DNA of 63,519 bases, counting the filler, from Sphacelaria rigidula (Eukaryota), in the NCBI GenBank assembly GCA_964200075.2. It is 5 parts of 5 records of this genome, joined end to end, with 100 filler letters (N's around TTAATTAATTAA, not from the genome) between each part and the next. Parts side by side here need not be neighbours in the genome. Positions count along the whole stretch, not along the records: positions 12,728 to 25,351 come from CAXNAA020003558.1; positions 25,452 to 38,074 come from CAXNAA020003559.1; 3 more parts are not named here. One strand, written 5' to 3'. The notes beneath the pieces were generated by a model. The model saw only the letters and a program-made list of their open reading frames with translations, searched no databases and was not told where the DNA came from. This document shows positions 13,667 to 25,560 of this stretch, piece after piece (positions within the stretch are counted from its first letter, which is position 1; each line of letters begins with the position of its first letter). A program made the translations under genes and the position numbers.

Positions 13667-13750
13667 ACCGGGGAGAGATGGGTTGATCCCTTGAGACCAC
13701 GGACTCGTCCCGAGGAAGGGGAGGGGATCAATGTGCGAAGGAAAAAAAAC
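13667..13750 (+). mobile_element. SINE family S2, 3' tail fragment
   Basis: taccggggagagatgggttgatcccttgagaccacggactcgtcccgaggaaggggagggg...(A)n matches the tail of 22778-23095 (-) and 45324-45410. Confidence 0.75.
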
Positions 13751-14998
13751 TGTATATTGTTCATGGGGGACGATATGATGATCTAGCGACCCCACGAAGA
13801 GGCGTTTTTGTTTGCACAAAATCATGGAACCATACTCGAGAGAGCGGCGCGGTAAGTTGTACGATATTGTCTTTCCCTTGCTCAAAAAAATAAATCAAGT
13901 GACCAATCATCCATCCATCCATCCATCCATCCATCCAATTAATTATTATTATATATATATAATTCTTATTACCGTCGGGTACTAGCAAAAAATGTGTAAT
14001 TTTATCGAAAATCTCCGCTGTGTAAATTAATTCCACCGCCCAGTAGGGCTTGAGTAGGGCGACCGAAGCCACCTCCGCGGCTTGCAGCTTGCTGTCAGGA
14101 AACACGTTTCCTGCACCGTAGGATTCTTTTTCAAATCGGGTGAGTGTAGCACACAACATCCGTTACCACCAGGTTGCCGCCAGGAAGCGACAGAGATATG
14201 CATATTTTGAAGAAACGGCCGATCAGCGGTGTTGCTCGTCGGCTAAGCGGCGAAGTTGACGTTTCACATCATCCATCAGTATGGCAGATCATTCACTTGT
14301 TTTCATAAAACAGATGTATACTGGTTTCGGCTTTTGACCCCCCAAGGCCTTCAAGCTATAACGGCTCAGCTTTTGAAGGTTGACATCTCTGCCGTGCGGG
14401 GGGTCATTCACCTTGCATATGCATTGGCTCTACAATACCCTTGGGAATGGAGAGGTCAACGAATCGGATACTCATTCCTGTTGCGATACCCAAAGATCCC
14501 AACCTTTGCCCCTGAGAAGAAATTGCTGCTCTCTGTGTGCACGGTACTGTCACTGGTTTCTGCCCTTCTTTACAGTACAGCACGGGACTTTCTACGCCGA
14601 GCCATATGTGAACCTGTACTGTGCTACTGGATTACACCATTGTCGAGGGATCCTCCTGCAACCGTAGACTACGGATGGACAAGCATTTGTTGTACCATAC
14701 GGCAGATGTGGTTGTCCCGTGATGCAACGGCATCAAACCCACAATCAACAGGCCAACGGTTTCACACACCTGTCCATATTTCACTCCCTACCGACTACCT
14801 ACATGACCACCTAAAAGTGCGGAGGATAGCCCCGCAAGCCCAGTCTCACAGAACGCCGCAGACATCACGTTCCTGTGCATTACTGTCCGTCCAGACGGTG
14901 CAGTACGTTAGAGCCCTGCTTTTTGTACATGGTTTGTGCTTCAAAATAACAACTGAACATCGGGATTGCTCACCTACACGAGACTAACTTCATACAGG

Positions 14999-15178
14999 AT
15001 GGGCGAGCCAGGCGGCGGAGGCGGTGGGGGCGGTGCGGGGGGTGGTCGAAAGGAGATATACACGTATGAGGCGCCGTGGTGTATCTATGCGATGGGTTGG
15101 TGCCAGAGGCCCGACCCTACGGACAGGTATCGGCTGGCGGTTGGCAGTTTTACTGAGGAGTACAACAACAAGGTTCAG
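14999..15178 (+). CDS. DCAF7: DCAF7/WDR68/AN11-family WD40 protein, first coding exon
   Basis: MGEPGGG...[44 protein letters not shown] matches the family N-terminus (KEIY.YEAPW..YAM.W...[14 protein letters not shown]). Ends at donor CAG|GTGAGT, phase 0. Confidence 0.95.
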
Positions 15179-17098
15179 GTGAGTAGCCGTAGTGATACTG
15201 ATACTGCCGACCACACGGTTCTTTGAAAAGGGGTAGACCGTACAGCGGCCAGTAGAGCACACCTAATCCAGCAACGAACAGCTGTCTCAAGTGCAGCCAC
15301 GCTGTACGGCAATATACGTGATCATCAGTACAACAGTGCAAGATTGTGCGGTTTTTGGCCTGTGGACTACTGTTGTGCTGAACTTTCCAGTACAATAAGT
15401 GAAGACAGGACGAAGAGAGTGACCCCGAAGCTGGTCTACAATCTGTGCATTACCCGTGCAAGTTTCCTGCGCCTTTTGTCGGTCGTCTTCACGTAGCAGC
15501 TGCAGTTACTGCGCCACGCACGGGTTGTATTGAGAGAGATGGCTTGTTGAGCCGCTACAGCCCATTCCCAAGTTTGCTGGTGCAGCCCTACAAACACAGT
15601 TTGTAACTGCCGGACTGCGGAATCATGATACCACGCTGTGTTGCATCTACGATGAAAACCATCTCAAACTCGAGGTTTTCGGTATATTTACGAAGTAGTA
15701 AACATATCGCGAGACTCGAGTTTGAGATAACTCCAATGCGCTATTGGACCCTCGAGTTATCATGCACAAAGCTCAAGCTACCTTCTCGTCAAGCCGACAT
15801 GTGAGGTACATTCACCAAGCATGGACAGGCCAATGCAACAGCTGACGGAGGACAACACCCCCCCATGCATCGTTTCGGACACCTCGACAACCAACATTCA
15901 GATGGTGGTGGTTTTAAACATCTCAAGTTTGTACCGTCACTCGTTGAGACAAGTACTAAATACGTGCCATGCCGAATATTGATTCAAATATCTCAACGTT
16001 GACGTAAAATGTTGACTTGCACGATGCAAACTCCTCGTACTCACGTGCAGAGGTCAACCTCACAACACAGACCGTCATGTGTTGACTGTTGTACAGACGG
16101 TATGCATCGTACAAGTAAACGTCAAATTTAAAATGGGTGTTCTTTCGTTTTTACATCTTCAAGTAGAACATAATATTTTCAACCATGAGAGTCGCTCACG
16201 GGTTGGTGCGAGCTGCTACTTGAGAGGGCCTGAGGCGGACTCTTCCGGCAGGTGATTCGGATGTGAAATGTTACGGTTCGCCCAATCGCCCAATCGCGCG
16301 GACATGAGATCACCACATACATCACAGTATTACGAAAGGGTGATCCGTGTGATCTGTCGCTTTTGAGATTCTTCCTCATTTTGTTGTGAGAAATTCCGGT
16401 GATCTCAGGCTGAGAATACCCCCAAGCCCCAAACAAATGACCGTATATGTTCACCCTTGGATAATGGCAAATGTTGGGAGCGGCCTGTCACAATTTGAGG
16501 TGTGCTGGCGCATACTTACCGTGAGCACCCCTTGCTTAAGTTTTATGTATGCCTTGAGTTGGGCTTAGGCTTAGGCTTAGGCTTACGGTCTTTGCCTTGC
16601 GCTAAGATAATCTTGCTGCGAGTAATAGATGGGCTGTGTTATGGAAGTTGACGTGTGTGCTGCTGTACCATTTTTTTTCTTTGTGAAGGAAGAAACTTGA
16701 CCCAACACGTACCTCGCGAACGGATGCTGCTGTATGGTACAGTATAGTATTGTACGTACGTGGAGCCCACAAAATTATGTAGACACTGCTTCAAAAGGGC
16801 TGAAAAGACGACGGGGGGTCGAAGTAGTCATGCGGCAATGGTCAGTCGCCCGTTGTATTGTATTTGCCATTTTCCAAGGGTGCACATATAGTTTTCCCCC
16901 CCAAACTCGGTCCTCTGGATCTGGTAAACGACCCTCAAGGAGGCGTCTGCTGGCTGTAATGGTGATTATAGCCTTGACTCCTGTGCGTGCATCGCGGCTT
17001 CACCTGGGTGCACAGTTAGTTCTAGTGTACAACGATAAGGGGCACAGTTCGCGCAAGCCATGTATTGCCAACGTTGTGGCCGTTCAGACAAACCTGGC

Positions 17099-17710
17099 AT
17101 AGTTGTTCCTCTTCAATATTATGGAGGCATTTCACAGAAGTTATAATTCACAACCCGCGGCGTCCGTTGGAGATAGATGGTCATGCTCCAAGGCGTGAAA
17201 TTCACTGCGACTAGATGGACAGACGTCCTTGGAAGAGACGGGTCCGCATCAGCCTGGCAAAGTGGCGCCATTCAGGCAACGTCGCAGGCTGAGGCCCGCG
17301 GATGACAAGGAATACATGTCACTGCGAAGGGAGGAAACACTTATCATACCCTGAATAGTGGTTGTTTTATGTGTTACTGCAAGCGTCGACCGATAAGCGG
17401 CCGACCTAAACGACAACGCTGGCAAGATCTGCCGCTGCGTCCGCGAGGATTTCGTATCGTTTCCCTCCAGAAACGTCAATAGAAAGTGACAAGTTATACG
17501 GAAAATAGTCCGCGCTGTGCATAGCCATCCTTCCAAACCATGCAGCACCCAAAACGCCTTGGCTCACCGAAATGGTTTCGTCAACACCTACCTGTGGCTT
17601 CATGCCGCACATGCGTCAAGTTTCAGCATCATGAGACGCCAGGTGTGCTGTGTTTGGGCGCCTGATCTCCCAAAATACCGCCTCCATATTGTTGAAAACG
17701 GACAACACCG
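17099..17710 (-). mobile_element. TIR element family C, internally deleted copy
   Basis: Both ends are reverse complements of the ends of 20490-21582 and 54410-55480 (ttgttcctcttcaatattatggaggc ... gcctccatattgttgaaaacggacaacac). Confidence 0.75.
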
Positions 17711-17717
17711 CCCAGTC

Positions 17718-17924
17718 TTCGACTTCACGGTTGACGAGGAAAAGGGACTGCTGAACCCCTCTCGAGATGGAAAATAAGGAAGGTGGAGTAAGGAAGGTGG
17801 GATACCTGCCAAAAAAAAGCTCCTGTGTTGGCCTTCTTCCTGTGTGACCCCGGCTGATGCGCCTACATTTACTGAAAGGTGTAGACTGGCGTCCAGAATA
17901 GATGGTACGACTACACAACACACA
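17718..17924 (+). mobile_element. SINE family B, 5'-truncated copy
   Basis: gacgaggaaaagggactgctgaacccctctcg...ctcctgtgttggccttcttcctgtgtgaccccggctgatgcg...acaacacac. Confidence 0.8.
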
Positions 17925-20489
17925 GGCTCCCCCATGACCGCATCGCGTTTGTTGGTGACGAACAAAACGTGAGGCGAGTCATGTTTACGATCGCGATTGT
18001 CAGCACCAGGTGACACTGTTTCACAGTTCCTGTCGTTTCTGTGCACTCATGCTGCGCAGGAAGCAGAACAAAGGCTTTAGTACCGGCGTGTAGGTAAAGA
18101 AAATACACGCCAGCGCAGACCGTTGTCTTGCTCGCCGCGCTTTCGAACGGTGCCGAGTCACACACATCAAGCACAGTCATTGAACCCCTATAAAGTCAGC
18201 GCCCGTGAGATTGCTGGCCGCTTTTTTCTTCTTCACAGCCGGGCGTTCGGAGTAAGTGTTCAGGCAACGCCTACAACAAAAGGTCGTTGGCACGCACATG
18301 TGCGCGTCGCAAATATCACAGAACCTACTTGTAAATTACAGTCCGTAAATTTTCTTGCACCCGGTAGGACCAACGGCACTGCAGTCCCACAATTTTAAAC
18401 AGTATAGTACAGGAGCCTTCATCGCGCCAACATGCTGGTACACCTACATGGATGATGCATGTGGTCAACACAAACGGCTCAACTCTTTGTCTGCTGCACA
18501 GCTGAAGGGTGTGGCGCATATGACGAAAGGTGTACGGGTGTGCTTGAGTACTGTTTGATTCGGGCCAGAAGTTCGCGGAAGTTTGCCCCCCAACCCCAGC
18601 AGCCGACTGAGCAGGATGAACGCGCAAGTTGACACACACACACAAGTAACACGCACAGGACCTCAGTGTTGAGCTTATTCTTCTCACAAACTCCAGCTTC
18701 CATCCGCGGCTGTTTGCTGCTGAGTCTTGGGCACACACGGCCTACAAAAACCCACATCCTGTACAAAAGATTACATTGTCAAAAAATGTACTGCATACGG
18801 TATGGGTTTTATTGTCTATTGCAACAGACGCATTAGTCGATATTGTGCGCAGCATCACTGTATGACAATGTGTTCTTTCGTCCAAGGTGTGCAAAAACCT
18901 CAACCCGCGGTGTCCATCATGTTTGCCTGCTGCGATACTATTGGTCAAAAAATAAAGAGGCGATATCTGTTCTAGCGCCCGGACATCCTAGAACGTCTTA
19001 CTCGACTACAATATCGCCATCCTCCACGGAACTGTCAGGTCTCATTGCAGGACGCGGGGTCTAAACCAGCTAAGTACGAACCATGGGACGACTCTGGTGT
19101 GAACGTATTCATGCAGCGGTTACACGGCAACACATGCCACCATCGCACCACCAGAATTAAAATCGTAGGAGCATTTGATGGGACGAAAATATCATGGGAT
19201 GGTAAATGAGACAGGACGAGCTACCCCATCCTATCCCGTTCGTGCACATTCGACAAACGTCCCATCCTGTCCCAAATCTGAGAAGACATGCATGACTGCG
19301 TCGCGTCCCCTCGTAATTGATTCCAAAATAACCTTCTCGAACGTGACTATGCCCAAAACGACCATTGAATTCTTGAGTTTTATCGAGAGTCCTACATGCA
19401 GCTACGACTCCTGACAGCCAGGAAAAACGTGTCACGATGAACCATTCAGCAACAGGACACGCGACGAAATCTCACGGGACGAGAGTCATTTGTCCCGTGA
19501 AGTTCTGGACGGGACGGGACGGGATGGGACAGGATGGGACGGGAATATAAAGGAACGGCCGAATCTCGTCCATTGAGATTCGGGACGGGACGTCCGTCTT
19601 GTCCGTCGATTTTTCAGGATCGGCCTTCCCATCCCGAAATTCTGCAACGAACCTTGCCAAAACCGTGTAGGATAGTTTCAGGTGGTACTGAAAAATCTCC
19701 TTTCAACCAAATCATCCGAGTGATCGAGCCGCGACTAAAATAGAGAGGGGTGACCACGACGAGCTGCACTATACAGGCTGATATAGGGAAGATGTAGAAA
19801 ATTTTGTGGCCAACGTTTTGTCTAGGCATATAAAATCGATGAACGCAAACGAAGCAGGTGAATACTCATTGGTATACAGTATAGGAAACAATGTGGCATA
19901 CGCTCTTTATCAATGCCGGGCTGTGATTGGGTTCTAGGTGCGTGTGAAACAGAGGATCTGAGCGTGTATTGGGATTTGGTGCTGAATCTCCGAAAATCAA
20001 CCACGTCACTGTTCGTGTGATGTTCTCGTAGATGCGCCTCATCTTTTTTGTACTTTGTTTGTACCGCTTCCAGTCGTGTGCATCCAGCACAAAGCCGCGG
20101 TATTGCCAAAGCACGGTTCGTATTATAGCGTATGCACAAAGTTGGAAAGACAACATGCGACGAAATGACGGGATTTGGGCGATATGTAATATTGCGTATA
20201 GTATAGCCGCAGGGATGCAACTTCATCGCCGATTCTCCACCGTCTGTCTTACAATTTCGAAATACTCTCCCGTTCGCGCCATTTCCCTGTATGCCATCTG
20301 TAAGAGGCAGAAAACCTTCCTTTTTTACACAGATGTTCGTGAGTAAAACGTGTGATTGCCGCTGTCACGGTGCCTATCCGTTCGCCTAGTTCCAACGGTT
20401 TCATGGGATCCTCGGTCATTACATACCCTACGTTCCCGGATCGATCTCACATTAGCTCGATCTCTCGAACCCGTGGTCACAGAGTGTAA

Positions 20490-21582
20490 GTGTGTTATTT
20501 CTTTTTAGTAATATGGAGGCGGTGTCTTTGAAGATTAGGCTCCCCAACAGAACACCAGGCGTCTGATGATACTGAAAGTTGACGTATGTGTGGACTGAAG
20601 CCGCAGGTGGGTGTTGACGCAGCAGTTTCGGCGACCCAAGGCATTTCGTGCCCTGCGTGGCTTGAAAGGAGGATTATGCACNNNNNNNNNNCGAAAACAA
20701 GAACACTTTCTGATGACCATTCTAGAGGGTAACGATATGAAACCCGCGCGGAGGCAGGAGTAGATCTTGTCATCCTTGTTGTTTACATCGGCCCCCTGTT
20801 GGTCGAGGCTGACACCAAGGCGGGAAATAACCACCAGATAATGTTCTCCATATGTTAGAGGCAGATCCCCTTGAGTTTTACACGCCGTGCTGAGCAAGAC
20901 GCGGCCGCACAATGCAGCCAAGGAGAAGAGTGTCTTCTGACAAGGACCACTGCGGACCTGTTCGGGCAGGGGGCAGCGTCTCGTCCCTCACAGGGCCAGA
21001 CTTGGCGTGGCCGTTACCACGACCGTCTGAAAATGACAGGGGCAGTTCCTGTAGTTTTCTTCTGTCAGAATCAATCGGATATTCTTCGGGGGTGTGCTCC
21101 CACGTGGAGATATTTACCCTTGTCTGGCAAGCGGGTGGTCGCCCTTGTGCAGAGTTTTCACTTTGTTCCAGAATAGGACAGAGTGCGAGTTGCAATTTGA
21201 TTTTTTTTCACGGGTGGATCGCGGGTATTCTAACCCTGTCGAGGCGTGGCTCTCATCGTACAGTCAGCACTACAACAGTAATCGTTGTACTAGCACTAGG
21301 AACACACTGTGTCAACTTCGTCGGGTATTACCTTGGGCAAATGCATATCGTGCAATAAAGGCTTCCCCCTTTCGTAGTGATATGCACCCTTTCCCATCCG
21401 GCTGCCAAACGCGCGATGGCTGGTATCCGTGCTAATGTGGAGACCTCTCTTACAAGGACGTCTGCTCCTCTAGTCTCACCATATTTTAGGCCTTGTAGTA
21501 TGACCGTCTCCAATTGACACCACGGATGATGAATTATAATTTCAGTACAATGCCTCCATAATATTGAAAAGGAACAACACTG
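20490..21582 (+). mobile_element. Non-autonomous DNA transposon family C (~1.1 kb, ~30-bp TIR starting CAGTG)
   Basis: Collinear with 54410-55480 along its whole length. TIR consensus cagtgttgttccttttcaatattatggaggc. Contains a 10-N gap at 20682-20691. Confidence 0.85.
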
Positions 21583-22116
21583 TCAGGCCGTGTTGAAATG
21601 CAAAAGCCAATTTTCGCACGCGTTTCCCTCATGAGTGACACCCGAAATCACAAGAGTGAAAATACATTTCCTCGCACTCGGTTTCACCGGTTTCTCGGGG
21701 GTCTCGTCCACCATATACCCCACATTCTCAGAAATTTTCTATAATCCTTCTTTTCCTGGGCAATTCCTAGAAAATGAAAGAAACATACGTGTTTCTCAAT
21801 AAAGCCCAAGGTCACCAGTGTCTGGGTTTTTCCCTCCTCACTCGGTCTTATTGGCTCCGTAGGGTCTTCGGTTTCCGGAAATGGTCCGGGACCCTCCAAA
21901 AACGCTGAAACGTCGCGAGGGTACGTGTTCTCGATCATTCCCGACCGCAGATTTGCCTCTTGGCACACGTGTGCGAAACGTCGTCTTTTAACTCTTGAAA
22001 ACGAGGGGAGAAAGGGACCAAATGTTATTGATTCATGTGGTCCTCGTGAACCAGCCTGGACCACGTTGTCGGAAAGGTTTCACATTTTCTCCATTCCTCA
22101 CGCCAATATTGAGAGA

Positions 22117-22485
22117 TGTGTGTTGTCACCCCCATCTATTCTGGATGCCAGTCTACACCTTTGGGTATATGTGGGCGCATCAGCCGGGGTCACAGAGGGG
22201 GAAGGTCAACACAGGAGTTTTTAGTTTTTATTTGTTTTACGAGTAGTTCTCTACCTTCCTTTTGCGGTGCCTACCTTTTATTTTTTCTATCGCAAGAGAG
22301 ATTCAGCGGTCCCTTTTCCTCGTCGACCGTCGAGTTGAATTTTGTGTGTCGACGACGCAGTCACTCTCCACTGTTGGGCATGGTTTAAGAAAAATCCCAG
22401 ATCGTGTGACTTCACCGAGATTCAAACCCACGACCCAACCGTCAGAAGGCTTTGAGGTTACCAACTGAGCTGCCGGAGCGACCGG
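22117..22485 (-). mobile_element. tRNA-derived SINE family B, apparently full length (~370 bp)
   Basis: Minus strand: tRNA-like head (gctcagttggt...gggtttgaatc), body, shared 3' tail ending in (CA)-rich sequence. Confidence 0.8.
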
Positions 22486-22777
22486 GGCAACCGGCTTCGG
22501 CTAAATGGTAAATTATATTTCACATGCGTATTCCTCAAGGAACGCCGGGGGTCGCTCGTGATTCGGCAGTTCCGAATTTGTCTGTGTTTCACGGGTATGT
22601 CTTGAGGGCAACTCGCATGTGAAAAATTGAGCACCTCTTGACACCGGCGTGAGAAGTCACGTCCAAGTTTTTTATCCATATCTTCCGCGAGCAGTCTGTA
22701 GTCTGTAGCGAGCAAGGAAGCGATCGCATGGCATACCAGAAAGACTGCCACCAGGATATCCAGGATACGGATACGGT

Positions 22778-23095
22778 ATTTTTATTTTATTTATTATTAT
22801 TTGTCGCACTTTGAACTCCTCCCCTTCTTCGGGACGACTTCGTGGTCCCAAGGCATCAACCCATCTCTGCCCGGTACACACCTTGCATTTTGATATCGCG
22901 GATTTGGTCAGCACTCCCGCACCGCGTCAACTCACGTCAAACAAATTCAGCCGACTACTTTGTTTACTCGCGTTCTCACGCTTTCCACGGTGGAAATCAC
23001 ACACTACGAAGGAAAAACCCGACACTTCGGGAATCGAACCCATGTACTTTACACTCTGATGGCGACAGTCGGACCATTACACCACCGGGGCGCGG
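22778..23095 (-). mobile_element. tRNA-derived SINE family S2, full length with A-rich tail
   Basis: Minus strand: gccccggtggtgtaatggtcc (A box), gggttcgattccc (B box), shared tail, AAT/AAAT tail. Candidate TSD CGGTAT on both flanks. Confidence 0.8.
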
Positions 23096-23273
23096 CGGTA
23101 TACACAGTACAATACCAACGGTACTCTTCATGGGGCGAAAAACTATCTTGCCGAATGAGTGCCACTGGGTGCCCGTCAGCATGCCTTCTCCCTCCTCCCC
23201 GACGAATTAGCAGTGGCAACAGTCCAGCCAGATGCCCCTCACAAACAACGGTCGCAACACGTCTGGTACTCTG

Positions 23274-23274
<1 letters not shown>

Positions 23275-23312
<38 letters not shown>
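23275..23312. repeat. (GATT)n microsatellite
   Basis: Seen directly. Confidence 0.95.
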
Positions 23313-23313
<1 letters not shown>

Positions 23314-23373
23314 CTCACATTAGCTGATTGCAACAGTTCAGCCCGTAGTCAGGAGCAGCAGAAAAAAACAGTA

Positions 23374-23756
23374 GACTTTACCACTTGGTAGCTCAAGATA
23401 GTTCTCGGAAATTTACGACTTGTGGACAGGTGCAGTATTGGATTTTAGTGTAGACACCGAAATCTGGATCTTTGAAGGGGGCTGTGCTCCTGGCGTGCTC
23501 CTGGCGTGCTCCTGGCGTGCTCCTAGCGTGCGCAGAACGCGTTTTTGTCTGAATCGGCGCCTGGGGCGCCGATTTGAGGTCTGGCAACGCACACTTCGCC
23601 TAAGGAACACGCTGCACATCCCTAGCCCGAAGGTTCTCCGTATGTCTCTGTTAGGATATGGGTGAGGGTTAGGGTTAGTGTTATTCGAAATGCATCAGCA
23701 CCTACACAAACCATAAATTTCCGAGAAATATCTGTCAACTACCAAGTGGTAAAGTC
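23374..23756. mobile_element. Inverted-repeat element with internal telomere-like motif
   Basis: IRs gactttaccacttggtag / ctaccaagtggtaaagtc. Internal (gtgctcctggc)x~4 and gggtgagggttagggttag. A7 runs just outside both ends. Confidence 0.75.
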
Positions 23757-24530
23757 ACCTAAAAAAAGCAGAACAAGAAAGAAGTTGAGAAACAGAAGAA
23801 GATTTCGTATACCTTACCCTGATGGCGGTCTCGCTGGCATACCATGCACTCATCTTCCACTCGTGTTTGTGACGCTGTCCCCAATCACCCGAATGTGATG
23901 CGCTTTTCCGCCAGGGAGTGGGTAGAATTACCAGCGCTCAGTGGCAACAGCTCGACAAGATTAATTTTTCTTAGAGAGCGGAATCATTTTGTATTTTATT
24001 TCGTATAGCGTATGCCGCACGGTACCATTCTGGCATGCCATGCGTTCGTTTTTTCGCCCGTTGGCGTGCCCTTGTCGCAAGTCACGCTACTTTTTCAAAT
24101 CTAGATCGCCTGCCGTAGAATCGGCCTTAGTCGTCTGCTCAACATGCTTCCAAGACTGCTTCTTCTGCCCTTTGGAAAAAAAATCCAACTAAACTATTCC
24201 GTCGATTCAGGGCCGATTTTCGCAGGAATACCGGACTTCGCGGATTGTGTCACCTCTGGAAGACTTGCTGTACTCTCAGAGAGGATACTAACGCACGTTT
24301 CCGACCTTTCGTGCACCCAGATTGAGTTATGTCCGAACCAAAACATGATTTTCTGAGGATTCTCTGAGAAAACCTCTGGGAAACACGTCCACTCACCATC
24401 AATGATAATGCGTGAGACCATGAACCCCACGTGAATGGCAAGGTGAAATCAAACATAGCCTCGACCTCCTGCCTCAAAATCGGTGAGGGATTCTCATGCA
24501 TCATTTTCCCATACAACTGGTTTAACTTAA

Positions 24531-24628
24531 CCCTTGGACCGCGAGGGTAGTCTTTCTGGATCATGCATACTTTTTTCAAGTAAAATTGATGCCAATTCAA
24601 CAGATGACCTACTCTCGCTGTCTAAGGG
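24531..24628. mobile_element. piggyBac-type MITE (98 bp)
   Basis: TTAA|CCCTT...AAGGG|TTAA with ~20-bp imperfect TIR. Second copy at 62202-62300. Confidence 0.85.
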
Positions 24629-25152
24629 TTAACCCCTCGACTGTGGGTCGAGCATTAATTTCTCTAGGGGGATTGATGCCGATTCAACAGAATACCTACG
24701 GGTATCTGCTTGTGTAAGTAGGCGTGCTGTCACTCGAAAAGCAATGGCTGTGGTGCCAAATTGCCCGGACTCCATCTTGGTCCATCTACATTGTACGGGG
24801 AAGGGAGGTTGGTAGTCAAAAGTCTAACCCGTTGATCGAGACGCTTAGGGTCATCTCTCGACTTGGCATCACGCTCAGGTGCCCACCTAACGGTGGTCAA
24901 ATGCTGGAGAAACGGGGCTTACGTAAAGGTCGTGCACACTCTCATTCCTGTACAACATGCTTGAAACAGTACAGTTCAGCATTGCCATTATCCAACACGT
25001 GGAGCCTAGGCGCGATTTCAGGTTCGTTTGTCAGCGGGCCATGTCTACTCGTATAGACGAAGAGCGTTACAACCGGATGCTTGCGAAGTTAGGTTTCTGT
25101 CGTCCAACCTTTGCTTGCCTGTTGCCTTATGTTGATGGCTCTTTCGTTCCAG

Positions 25153-25276
25153 ATCGTGCAGCGCACGGAAACTTCCTTCGTTCGCACGGGGGAATTGGAG
25201 CATCCCTACCCTCCAACCAAGATCATGTGGTCACCAGATAAATCCCAAGCTGGAGTAGATTTACTCGCAACCACCG
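25153..25276 (+). CDS. DCAF7: DCAF7/WDR68/AN11-family WD40 protein, second coding exon (gene truncated by scaffold end)
   Basis: Acceptor ctctttcgttccAG|ATC. IVQRTETSFVRTGELEHPYPPTKIMWSPDKSQAGVDLLATT-G (family HPYP.TK.MW.PD...DLLAT.G). Donor G|GTGAGT. In phase with exon 1. Confidence 0.95.
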
Positions 25277-25288
25277 GTGAGTGTGCCC

Positions 25289-25351
<63 letters not shown>
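25289..25351. repeat. (ATT)n microsatellite at scaffold end
   Basis: Seen directly. Confidence 0.95.
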
Positions 25352-25451
25352 NNNNNNNNNNNNNNNNNNNNNNNNNNNNNNNNNNNNNNNNNNNNTTAAT
25401 TAATTAANNNNNNNNNNNNNNNNNNNNNNNNNNNNNNNNNNNNNNNNNNNN
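25352..25451. other. Artificial scaffold spacer
   Basis: N44-TTAATTAATTAA-N44. Confidence 0.98.
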
Positions 25452-25560
25452 GGAGGGGTGTACACATTTGTTGCTGGCCTTTGTCGTTTGACCATTGACC
25501 ACGCATCTCTTTCGAGACGGAGCATGGGAGGAGCATAGGGGGGGGGCGGGGGGGGTAGAT
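25452..25560 (-). repeat. Poly(C)-tailed family A variant (A2)
   Basis: Minus strand: (C)n..ctccgtctcgaaagagatgcgtggtcaatggtc..gcaacaaatgtgtacacccc. Homologous to 43240-43312 and 63161-63243. Confidence 0.75.

Noticed and set aside
14256-14987. 243-aa ORF upstream of DCAF7
   Set aside because: TTG start, no recognisable domain, overlaps the probable 5'-UTR intron/promoter region.
20560-20585. Hammerhead ribozyme core CTGATGA...GAAA (also 54484-54500, 11707, 46679)
   Set aside because: Only 4 nt between the boxes (no stem II) or no GAAA; the core is not conserved in other family copies.
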